Source: an uncultured archaeon (GTDB taxonomy: Archaea > Aenigmatarchaeota > Aenigmatarchaeia > CAZXUR01). Taken from it: a DNA stretch of 64,000 bases. The notes under the pieces were generated by a model. That model searched no databases and had not been told where the DNA came from. It was given only the letters and a program-made list of their open reading frames with translations. Of the stretch, positions 28,113-35,997 are shown in pieces (positions within the stretch are counted from its first letter, which is position 1; each line of letters opens with the position of its first letter). The translations under genes and the position numbers were made by a program. The stretch covers positions 74,555 through 138,554 of the forward strand of contig CAZXUR010000002.1 of assembly GCA_964644245.1 (NCBI GenBank), in the 5' to 3' direction.

Positions 28113-28593
28113 TTATTGCACCTTCCAAAAAATTGTACACAGAACGGTGAGTGGCTCCTGACACCAGTTTCTCTATGGCTTTCTTGGCCAGGTCAGCCTT
28201 GTCAAATTCACCGATCACCGATACAGTTTTCCCTTGAACAGATATAAACGTTTCGGTGAGTTCTTCCAGCTTTCTCCTGACTTTTCCTTTCTCACCTATA
28301 ACCCGGGCTTTTTGCCGATTTAAGGCCTTTTCAGACAGACGGTCTCCGAGCTTTATTACCACCAGACTCTTGTTTTCATTGAGTGTCAGAGCCTTCTCAG
28401 GAGAGAATCCCCTGCCGATGGCCTTGACCATGTTCCAGGCGTTCATAACCTTAAGCGCATCCCCGGATATCTTCACGCTGTTGCCCCTGACCCCAATCTT
28501 TACTCCCTTGGACTCTATATTGTTGATTACACTGTGCTCTTTTCCCACTAGAATGGCCACTCTATCCTCTGGGATTTTAACTTCCTTTATCAA
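28102..28593 (-). CDS. KH-domain RNA-binding protein (Pno1/Dim2-like)
   Basis: 163 aa with two KH-like modules ([17 protein letters not shown]; [15 protein letters not shown]). Confidence 0.7.
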   Translation of the reverse strand: MIKEVKIPEDRVAILVGKEHSVINNIESKGVKIGVRGNSVKISGDALKVMNAWNMVKAIGRGFSPEKALTLNENKSLVVIKLGDRLSEKALNRQKARVIGEKGKVRRKLEELTETFISVQGKTVSVIGEFDKADLAKKAIEKLVSGATHRSVYNFLEGAISEK

Positions 28594-28597
28594 GAAA

Positions 28598-28912
28598 TCA
28601 CCTCAATTCTTTCAAGTAACCTTTTTTTCTCAACCATTTGACTCTGGACTTCTTATAACTCCATATCAGGTCTCCCCTTGTATCGCTCTGTGTGTCCCAG
28701 GGTTTGACCAACACGTGAATATTGGGTTTGAGCCATATTCTCCTCTTACACCTTCCAGGTACCCTGCATATCCTCATTTTTCCGTCACCGCACCTCACTC
28801 TGGCTTTTGAGCCGGGCAGTACCTCCTCTATAACTCCGATTACTTCCTTTCCTTTTGGCACTCTTACTCTGACCGTTTCTTCCATGGTATCACAACTTAA
28901 ATAATTATCCAA
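28598..28912 (-). CDS. eif1a: translation initiation factor aIF-1A
   Basis: S1-like OB pattern VIGVIEEVLPGSKARVRCGDGKMRICRVPGRCKRRIWLKPNIHVLVKPWD...WLRKKGYL. Likely start is MEET at 28885. Confidence 0.88.
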   Translation of the reverse strand: MDNYLSCDTMEETVRVRVPKGKEVIGVIEEVLPGSKARVRCGDGKMRICRVPGRCKRRIWLKPNIHVLVKPWDTQSDTRGDLIWSYKKSRVKWLRKKGYLKELR

Positions 28913-28924
28913 GCTTAAAAAGAT

Positions 28925-29311
28925 TTAGAGTTCTCCATCCCTCTTCATGGGATACTTTTCCACGGTGGAATGCAGCTCAAGTTCCTTCATCTTTCTCTCC
29001 AAACGGGCCAGACGGTTTATCAACTCCTCGTTGGTTTCTGCCAGTCTCCGGTTCTCTTCTGCCAGGTTCCTGGTTTCCGTGCCCCCCGTCCTCACGTGAG
29101 ACATGAAGTTGTTCATGTTTTCCATCATCCTGTCCAGTGATTTTACCAGCTTAGATATCTTCTTGGAGACGTTCTGGTTCGACTTTACCAGTCTTTCGAC
29201 CATCTTTTGGCTCTCTTTTTGGGCAGACTGTAGGTCTTGAATGACCTGCTCGTAAGAGGGCATATAATCCTCTTCCGATTCACTGCTGCTCTCTGTAGAC
29301 ATTGAAGCCAT
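28925..29311 (-). CDS. hypothetical acidic/coiled-coil protein
   Basis: The track ORF extends to 29404, inside the thermosome gene. The internal ATG at 29311 (MASMSTESSSESEED...) avoids that overlap. The remainder is heptad-like. Confidence 0.45.
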   Translation of the reverse strand: MASMSTESSSESEEDYMPSYEQVIQDLQSAQKESQKMVERLVKSNQNVSKKISKLVKSLDRMMENMNNFMSHVRTGGTETRNLAEENRRLAETNEELINRLARLERKMKELELHSTVEKYPMKRDGEL

Positions 29312-29345
29312 AAGAACATTTGGATTAAGGGTATAAATAATTTCT

Positions 29346-31016
29346 TTAACCCATGGGTGGCATTCCGCCGCCAGGCATACCTCCCGGCATTCCACCAGGG
29401 GCACCGCCAGGAGCGCCGCCCTCTTCGGACAGTTTGCTGGCGTTTATCACATCATCTATCCTTAGAATCATCTCTGCCGCCTCTGATGCGGACTTTATGG
29501 CCTGTGTCTTTATTTTGAGTGGTTCCACGATTCCCATCTTCAGCATATCCGAGGTCTCCGCAGAGAATACATCTACTCCGAAGCTCTTCTTGCCCTGCTC
29601 GTGCTTGAGACGAAGTTCTACCAGCGTGTCTATGGAGTCCATTCCCGCTGATTCGGCCAGTGTCCTTGGAATGGCTTCCAGAGCTTCGGCAAACGCGTTT
29701 ATCGCCAGTTGCTCTCTTCCTCCGGTCTGGTCAGCAAACTCCCTGAGTTGTTTGGCAACTTCTGATTCCGGGGAGCCTCCGCCAGAAACAATCTTTCCGT
29801 TCTCAAAAGCGGCTGCCACTCCCAGGACTGCATCGGTCATGGCTCTCTCCGCTTCGTCAACCACGTGCTCGGTTCCTCCACGTATCAGTATGGAAACTGC
29901 CTTGGGGTCAGGGCATTCGCGCACGAACACCATTTCCTCGCCGGCAATCTTCTTTTCCTGTACCAGACCTGCTTTTCCCAGGTCTCCCGCACTGATTTCG
30001 TCCAGATTGCTGATTATCTTGGCACCGGTTGCCTTTGCCAGGACTTCCATGTCAGACTGTTTGACCCGCCTGACCGCGAATATGTCCTTCTTTGATAAGT
30101 AATGCTGGGCGATGTCGTCTATGCCTTTCTGGCAGAAAATCACGTTGGCACCGGACTTCACCACTTTGTCGACCATTTCCTTGAGCATGCTTCCTTCCTG
30201 CTCCACGAAAGCCTGCAGCTGCTTGGGGTCAGTTATCCTTATCTCTGCCTCTGTTTCGGTTTCCTTTATCTCCAGGGCGGCGTCTATCAGTGCTATCTTG
30301 GCGTTCTTGACTGAGGAAGGCATGCCGGGATGGGTCTTCTCCTTGTCGATTACCAGTCCCCTTATCAGGCTGGTGTCGTCCAGGGAACCTCCGGTCTTCT
30401 TCTCGAACTTTATGTTGTCGGTGTCTATGACCGTTTCTCCGTTTTCCCTCTCTGCCACGGTTTTGACCGACTCTACCGCCAGTTTGGCCAGGCTTTCCTT
30501 GGCCGCTTCACTTCCCTTTCCGGTCATGGCGGTCATGGCAATCCCTTCCAGGGTGTCAGTGTCCCTTTGCTCAACCGGCTTTCCGATTTTGTTCAGGACT
30601 TTGAGGGCTTGAGCCCTGGCCATCCTGAATCCTTTGATTATGAGTGTTGGATGAATATCCTGGTCCAGCAGGTCCTCTGCCTTCTTAAGCAATTCTCCGG
30701 CTATTACAACTGCAGTAGTAGTACCGTCGCCCACTTCATCTTCTTGGGTCTTGGCGACTTCTACCATCATTTTTGCCGCCGGGTGCTGTATTTCCATCTC
30801 ATCGAGAATTGTGGCACCGTCGTTGGTTATGACTATATCTCCTATGGAGTCCACCAACATCTTGTCCATGCCTTTGGGTCCCAGAGTGGTCCTGACCGCA
30901 TTGGCGATTTTCTTGGCTGCGTCTATGTTTCCTATCTGTGCTCCCTTGCCCATCTGTCTCAGTGTTCCTTCTGGCAAGACTAGCACTGGCTGCTGTCCAC
31001 CGATATTTTGGTTCAT
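29346..31016 (-). CDS. ths: thermosome (group II chaperonin) subunit
   Basis: 556 aa. [12 protein letters not shown] and [10 protein letters not shown] motifs, plus the [16 protein letters not shown] tail. Confidence 0.95.
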   Translation of the reverse strand: MNQNIGGQQPVLVLPEGTLRQMGKGAQIGNIDAAKKIANAVRTTLGPKGMDKMLVDSIGDIVITNDGATILDEMEIQHPAAKMMVEVAKTQEDEVGDGTTTAVVIAGELLKKAEDLLDQDIHPTLIIKGFRMARAQALKVLNKIGKPVEQRDTDTLEGIAMTAMTGKGSEAAKESLAKLAVESVKTVAERENGETVIDTDNIKFEKKTGGSLDDTSLIRGLVIDKEKTHPGMPSSVKNAKIALIDAALEIKETETEAEIRITDPKQLQAFVEQEGSMLKEMVDKVVKSGANVIFCQKGIDDIAQHYLSKKDIFAVRRVKQSDMEVLAKATGAKIISNLDEISAGDLGKAGLVQEKKIAGEEMVFVRECPDPKAVSILIRGGTEHVVDEAERAMTDAVLGVAAAFENGKIVSGGGSPESEVAKQLREFADQTGGREQLAINAFAEALEAIPRTLAESAGMDSIDTLVELRLKHEQGKKSFGVDVFSAETSDMLKMGIVEPLKIKTQAIKSASEAAEMILRIDDVINASKLSEEGGAPGGAPGGMPGGMPGGGMPPMG

Positions 31017-31123
31017 TTTAACACCACGTCTATATCTGTAACCAAACCTTTAAAAAACTTTGGTAAGCGATATGGTTTTATATTTAATCAAATGTTAAAA
31101 ACTCTAGCGACAAATAAGTCTGT

Positions 31124-31223
31124 GGGCCAGTAGCTCAGGGGTTAGAGCGTCGGTCTTATAAGGCCACTTTCGGTAAAGTGACGTAAAAGCCGAAGGTCGT
31201 GAGTTCGATTCTCATCTGGCCCA
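31124..31223 (+). tRNA. tRNA-Ile(UAU) with one 27-nt intron in the anticodon loop
   Basis: GGGCCAG-UA-GCUC-AGGGGUUA-GAGC-G-UCGGU-CU-UAU-A[intron 31161-31187]A-GCCGA-AGGUC-GUGAG-UUCGAUU-CUCAU-CUGGCCC-A. The anticodon TAT is at 31157-31159. Confidence 0.85.
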
Positions 31224-31228
31224 TACCA

Positions 31229-31690
31229 TTAACCATGGTATATCGTGTCATCGGACATCATTTCGAACTCTATCCACCCGGAAGAGAGCTTCTCGCAGTA
31301 CTCGGACAGTTTCTTCTCTATCCCGTTGTTCCACAGGCGCCAGACTTTCTGTATCCAGTTTGCCATCCGCTCCTCTGAGTAGACTATGGACAAATAATTG
31401 CTTTCCCATATCAGTGACTGGAGACGCCGGTATATCTGGAACAGTTCGAGTTTCTCCCTCTTGGACAACATTCCCCTCTCATAAAGACAGCAGAAATTCT
31501 CCGCACTCCCTATCATGTGCTCCACCATGTGTGAGAACAGCGCTAGCTTGCTTGATATCCTGTTCCTCACGTCCTCCAGGAGCAGTTCATCCGACTCCAC
31601 CTCAAAACGGAACACTTGCTTGAGACGTTGGATATCAGGAAGCTGATACTTGGCACGCAGAACTTTCCATTTTTCTTTTACCATATACAT
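31229..31690 (-). CDS. hypothetical protein
   Basis: 153-aa helical ORF flanked by two tRNA genes. No family recognised. Confidence 0.45.
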   Translation of the reverse strand: MYMVKEKWKVLRAKYQLPDIQRLKQVFRFEVESDELLLEDVRNRISSKLALFSHMVEHMIGSAENFCCLYERGMLSKREKLELFQIYRRLQSLIWESNYLSIVYSEERMANWIQKVWRLWNNGIEKKLSEYCEKLSSGWIEFEMMSDDTIYHG

Positions 31691-31723
31691 TTATAGATTC
31701 TTACAAATAAATAAATGATGTAT

Positions 31724-31831
31724 GGGCCCGTGGTCTAGTGGCTAGAGAATGACGTAGATTATGTCTGCGTCTTTGACTTAGACGTTGCCTTCACATGGCA
31801 AAGATCGAGAGTTCAAGTCTCTCCGGGCCCA
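31724..31831 (+). tRNA. tRNA-Val(CAC) with an approximately 35-nt insertion between the D-loop and the 3' D-stem strand
   Basis: GGGCCCG-UG-GUCU-AGUGGCU(A)[about 31745-31779]AGAC-G-UUGCC-UUCACAU-GGCAA-AGAUC-GAGAG-UUCAAGU-CUCUC-CGGGCCC-A. Everything except the D-arm is canonical. The intron carries a 7-bp hairpin (31751-31771). Exact splice sites are ambiguous. Confidence 0.8.
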
Positions 31832-31866
31832 TTGCCTTTTTAAAATCTTCTGTAGGAAGTCTATTC

Positions 31867-32742
31867 ATGAAAGTGCCTTTCGGTATAACCGACGGAAAGA
31901 AGTTGGAGAGGTTCGAGAAAGGGAAGGAGGCGGAACAGTTCCTGGACTCTGATGAGCCCCTCCCCGAGAAACCCCTAGACCTCAGAGCATTGGCCGGGAT
32001 GGATGACCAGTCGTTCAACCGGTTTATGACTTCTTTCGGCATATCCTACTCCAAACAGAAAATCAAAACCAAAGATAGGAGGGACCGAGTCGCCATACAG
32101 GTGGTGGAAGCGTTGGGGGACTTGGACAAGGTGCTCAACCTTTTTTCGGAGAGACTGAGGGAGTGGTATTCCTTGCACTACCCGGAACTGGATGAGAAGA
32201 TAGACGACCACCGGAAGTTCGCCAGGCTGGTCGCCAAGTATGGCGAAAGGAAAAACTTCCCTGACTTTGATGAGAGTTTCGGTCAGGAGTTCTCAAAGGA
32301 AGACGTGTCCATGGCCAAGGAACATGCCAAGAGCCTTTCAGAACTGTACCAACTGAAGGAAGACATGTCTGGATATTTGGAGAAGTTGATGAAAGAAATT
32401 GCGCCCAACACCACAAAGATAGCAGGTGCGGTCATCGGAGCCAGGCTGATTTCGCACACAGGTGGTCTGGAATCCCTGGCCAAGAAGCCTGCCTCAACCA
32501 TACAAATTCTGGGAGCAGAGAAAGCGTTGTTCAGGCATCTTAAGGGCAAGGGCAAGGCACCACGGTTCGGCCTTCTGTATTCCCACCCCATGATAAAAAA
32601 GACCAAGGAAGACAAGAAGGGCAAGGTCGCCCGCCTGCTGTCTTCAAAGATAGCCATTGCAGCCAGGCTGGACTGCTATGGTGACCGGGACAAGGGAGAC
32701 GAATTGTTGAAGGAACTGAAAAAGAAGGTGAAAAAAGCATGA
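31867..32742 (+). CDS. nop5: Nop5 (Nop56/58) C/D box sRNP protein
   Basis: The NOP domain pattern GAEKALFRHLKGKGKAPRFGLLYSHPMI. The track start at 31795 overlaps the tRNA-Val gene, so I use the ATG at 31867 (MKVPFGIT). ATGA overlap with flpA. Confidence 0.88.
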   Translation: MKVPFGITDGKKLERFEKGKEAEQFLDSDEPLPEKPLDLRALAGMDDQSFNRFMTSFGISYSKQKIKTKDRRDRVAIQVVEALGDLDKVLNLFSERLREWYSLHYPELDEKIDDHRKFARLVAKYGERKNFPDFDESFGQEFSKEDVSMAKEHAKSLSELYQLKEDMSGYLEKLMKEIAPNTTKIAGAVIGARLISHTGGLESLAKKPASTIQILGAEKALFRHLKGKGKAPRFGLLYSHPMIKKTKEDKKGKVARLLSSKIAIAARLDCYGDRDKGDELLKELKKKVKKA

Positions 32743-33389
32743 AAGAGGTTTTCCCCGGAATCTATAAGGAAAAAGGACTCATGACCAAGAACCTGGTGCC
32801 CGGTTTCGCATCCTGCGAAGAGACGCTGATAAAGAAGAAAGGCAAGGAATATAGGACATGGGACCCCAACCGCAGCAAGCTAGCGGCAGCCATATCAAAA
32901 GGACTGAAGAAAGAACCCCTGAAGCCTGGGATGAAAGTCCTTTACCTGGGAGTGGCTTCGGGAACCACTGCTTCGTACATATCAGACATCGTCGGGAAGA
33001 AAGGCCTGATATATGGGGTGGAGTTCTCGGACCGGGTGTTGGCAGACCTGTTTCCGGTGGCCAGCAGGAGGAAGAACATCGTTTCCATACTGGAAGACGC
33101 CAGGAAGCCGAAGGACTACACGTGGATAGAGTCCGTGGACCTGGTCTTTCAGGACGTGGCTCAACCGGACATGATAAAAATATTCGTGAAAAATGCAGAA
33201 CTGTTCCTGAAGTCGGGTGGATTTGCGATGCTGGCCGTCAAGTCCAGGAGTGTTGACGTCACCAAGAACCCCAAAGAGGTCTACAAGCAATCCATCAAAC
33301 GGTTAAAGAAGTCTTTCCATATATTGAACTGGGTCAAATTGGATCCCTTCGAGAAGGACCACTGCTTCATAGTTGCTAGGAAGCGTTGA
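32739..33389 (+). CDS. flpA: fibrillarin (rRNA/tRNA 2'-O-methyltransferase)
   Basis: 216 aa. VLYLGVASGTTASYISDIV...GVEFS...DVAQPD are the fibrillarin SAM motifs. Confidence 0.92.
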   Translation: MKEVFPGIYKEKGLMTKNLVPGFASCEETLIKKKGKEYRTWDPNRSKLAAAISKGLKKEPLKPGMKVLYLGVASGTTASYISDIVGKKGLIYGVEFSDRVLADLFPVASRRKNIVSILEDARKPKDYTWIESVDLVFQDVAQPDMIKIFVKNAELFLKSGGFAMLAVKSRSVDVTKNPKEVYKQSIKRLKKSFHILNWVKLDPFEKDHCFIVARKR

Positions 33390-34365
33390 CTTCCCTGGCA
33401 AACTCTCTCTTGAAGTCGTCCGCAAACTCCGCAGGAATAGTGGCTCCCGCTGCTTGCGGGTGACCGCCCCCACTGCCATCCACCTTTTCTAACACTCTGT
33501 CCAGGACTTTGGTCAGGTCTACTTCTTTGCTCCTCAGACTGAACACGTGGTTGTTTCCTTCTCCCTCGTAAATGGCGTTTACGTTTTTGACTGGAAGCTT
33601 GGTGGCGATTATTGAGCGTATCCTGTACTTAGATTCCATATGGTAGAATGTTACTTTACCCTTGACTTCCTTGTTTTTTTCAAAGTCACGCATTACACGG
33701 TCTATTTCCTCGTCTATGGTGTTATTCTCTTCCAGGAATCGCTTGCCTTTCCTGAAAAGCTCTTTCACACCGCCCACCTCTGAAAGGAGTTGTGCGAACT
33801 CCTCGCAGCCTTTCCTGCCCTCCACTGCCTTGACCGAGGCGATGACGTTGCTGACAAATCCCAGTTCTTCCTTCTTGTAGTCCTCTAAGTCCTGAAACAA
33901 ATCCTGGCTGTCCTCCGTATTGAAATCGCCTATGGCTCCCACGGCAGCCACCCAAGCATACTCTTTCTCACCCAAAAGCTTGTACACCAGGTATGAAGCG
34001 GACTGGTATATGTCCGGGTTCTCGAACCGGGGATTGATGTGGGTGACTTTACGGCTGGACAGGTCCTTTGACACGTGATGGTCTATTATTAGTACTGGAC
34101 AGTCAAAGACGTCCAAAAGATTCCTGGACTGGTCCAAGGCAATGTCCAGGACAATCACATAGTCCGGGTCCTCCCAGGATATACTGTGGAACGTGGCCTT
34201 CTTCGGGGGTATTGGTTGTGATACGAATGTTGGATAAACTTTCCTTGACTTCAGATACTTGCCCACTATTCCTGCCGAACAGACTCCGTCAGCATCGTTG
34301 TGGTGTATTATGTACACACGGTTCTCTGGCTTTATTCGGTCCAAAAACGTTTTTTCTCCCATCAA
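33376..34365 (-). CDS. DHH-family phosphoesterase (RecJ/NrnA-like)
   Basis: IIHHNDADGVCSAG (motif I/II), IIDHHVS (DHH), and C-terminal GGGHPQAAG (DHHA1). Confidence 0.8.
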   Translation of the reverse strand: MMGEKTFLDRIKPENRVYIIHHNDADGVCSAGIVGKYLKSRKVYPTFVSQPIPPKKATFHSISWEDPDYVIVLDIALDQSRNLLDVFDCPVLIIDHHVSKDLSSRKVTHINPRFENPDIYQSASYLVYKLLGEKEYAWVAAVGAIGDFNTEDSQDLFQDLEDYKKEELGFVSNVIASVKAVEGRKGCEEFAQLLSEVGGVKELFRKGKRFLEENNTIDEEIDRVMRDFEKNKEVKGKVTFYHMESKYRIRSIIATKLPVKNVNAIYEGEGNNHVFSLRSKEVDLTKVLDRVLEKVDGSGGGHPQAAGATIPAEFADDFKREFAREVNAS

Positions 34366-34399
34366 ATAACCTTTTTATATAAGGATACAAAGTAGTTTT

Positions 34400-35209
34400 A
34401 TGTTTAAATACATAGAGGCGGCGTGGAACGCTTACAGGAAGAACTACCTGCCTCTTATTTCCGCTTTCTTGGTCATCCTGGGCGCCACATTCTTGATATC
34501 CTTCCTTGGTTTCGTGGTCATCGCCTCTTTGGGCGGGATGGACGTCCTCTCACAGGAAATCACTTACATCGTTACCGCCACGGAGAACATCGCCCTGAAT
34601 CCGGCAGATACCAGTCCCTTGGCCATGCTTACTCCTTACTCTTTGGTGTTCCTGCTGTTCGTCACACTGTCGGTGTTCGTGGGCGTGGGACTGTACGCTG
34701 GCTACATAGGAATGCTGGACGAGTCTTTGAAAGGAAAGACCTCATTGAGCATAGGGAAGAAGACCACCTTGTTTGAAATGGCTAAAAAGAGGGGGAAGGC
34801 CACCATAGGGGTAACTTTACTCATCTACTTCATAATCTGGACTACAACACTGGTCCTCTACAAACTACTGACCACACTGATTGGACCCGGATGGCAGTTC
34901 GCGTTGACTCCGATGATATCACTGACGATCGAAGATATTGCTACTGCTTACCTGATAATAATAACCACCTTTCTCTATCTGGGAATACCGGCCACAGTTA
35001 TCGACAAACTGAATCCTAGGAGGGCGGTGTCGAAGAGCATAAACATAGTGAGGAACAACTTCCTTTCATTCTTCTTCATAATATTCTTCTATTCACTGGT
35101 CCTGTCCCTGCTTGAAGAAATTTCCCTTTTGGGGAGTATTTTGAACCTGTTCTTGGTAGTCCACTTACTCAAACTGTCTGTGGTTAAATTCTACAGGGAT
35201 AAGAAGTGA
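34400..35209 (+). CDS. polytopic membrane protein (paralog 1)
   Basis: 269 aa, about 6 TM segments. Similar architecture to the next gene. Confidence 0.5.
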   Translation: MFKYIEAAWNAYRKNYLPLISAFLVILGATFLISFLGFVVIASLGGMDVLSQEITYIVTATENIALNPADTSPLAMLTPYSLVFLLFVTLSVFVGVGLYAGYIGMLDESLKGKTSLSIGKKTTLFEMAKKRGKATIGVTLLIYFIIWTTTLVLYKLLTTLIGPGWQFALTPMISLTIEDIATAYLIIITTFLYLGIPATVIDKLNPRRAVSKSINIVRNNFLSFFFIIFFYSLVLSLLEEISLLGSILNLFLVVHLLKLSVVKFYRDKK

Positions 35210-35997
35210 TTGCTTTAAACCGTGCCATTGAAAACCTAAAATTTTCTTCCCAGCGTTACAAGGAGAATGTGTTCCCGCTGGTGCTGGCACAGTTCTTGGT
35301 TTTGTTCCTCACACTGTTGATCGTCTCGCCTGCATTGGTGATGCTCCTGTCCATGCCCTTCTTATTCATGGACATGGGAGCGTTGACGGGTTTGATGAGC
35401 ACCCTTGCCTCTGTTCTTTTCTTCGTAATACTTTCAGGACTGGTCAACGTTGCCTTTACTTCCGGCCTTTTCGGCATGGCGCATCAGGCACTGACTGATA
35501 AGGCATCCATAAACACCTTGTTTTCGACCACCAAGTCCAGGGGAATCACCACTGTGGCATCTTCAATACTTTATTCCCTGGCAGTATTCGTCCCGTTGAC
35601 CATACCTTCGATAGTGCTGATGCTTTCAGTGACCGACCCCGGCCTGACAGTCATAGGCCTGGTCCTCTTGCTTTTGTTCCTGGTCCCGTCCGTGTTCATC
35701 GGAATCAGACTTTCCCTGTTCGTGCAGGCAATCGTGGTCAGTGATATGTCTGCTGTGGAGGCTCTGAAGACCAGCAATTCAGTGGCAAAGGTTTACTTCC
35801 GAGACCTGTTCATCCTTTACCTGATACTATGTCTGATAAACTTACTCCTTTCACTCATACCACTTTTAGGCACTTTGTTGTCTTACCTGTTCCTGGCCCC
35901 GCTGATGTGGATTTCACTGGTCAAATTCTATGTGGACAGGACCACTACCGTCAGCTCTTCTTCACAGAAAAAGTCAGAGACCGGTCCCCAAACTTGA
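35206..35997 (+). CDS. polytopic membrane protein (paralog 2)
   Basis: 263 aa with a GTG start in a GTGA overlap with the upstream stop. Same TM layout and the same C-terminal 'KFY.D' motif (SVVKFYRDKK versus SLVKFYVDRT). Confidence 0.5.
   Translation: MIALNRAIENLKFSSQRYKENVFPLVLAQFLVLFLTLLIVSPALVMLLSMPFLFMDMGALTGLMSTLASVLFFVILSGLVNVAFTSGLFGMAHQALTDKASINTLFSTTKSRGITTVASSILYSLAVFVPLTIPSIVLMLSVTDPGLTVIGLVLLLLFLVPSVFIGIRLSLFVQAIVVSDMSAVEALKTSNSVAKVYFRDLFILYLILCLINLLLSLIPLLGTLLSYLFLAPLMWISLVKFYVDRTTTVSSSSQKKSETGPQT

Noticed and set aside
28925-29404. Full-length 159-aa track ORF overlapping the thermosome 3' end.
   Set aside because: The first 31 codons lie inside the thermosome coding sequence in another frame. 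The internal ATG at 29311 removes the overlap.
29353-30102. Long antisense ORFs opposite strong genes: 29353-30102 (+) opposite the thermosome, 61495-62484 (+), 57697-58536 (+), 1540-2253 (+), 41422-42198 (-), 47961-48875 (-) and 21-767 (+).
   Set aside because: Each lies entirely within a confidently identified gene on the other strand or in another frame. Their translations are low-complexity (S/F/L/P-rich mirror images of K/E-rich codons) and carry no recognisable motifs.
31795-31866. N-terminal 24 codons of the track ORF for Nop5.
   Set aside because: They overlap the 3' half of the tRNA-Val gene. The ATG at 31867 gives a normal Nop5 N-terminus.
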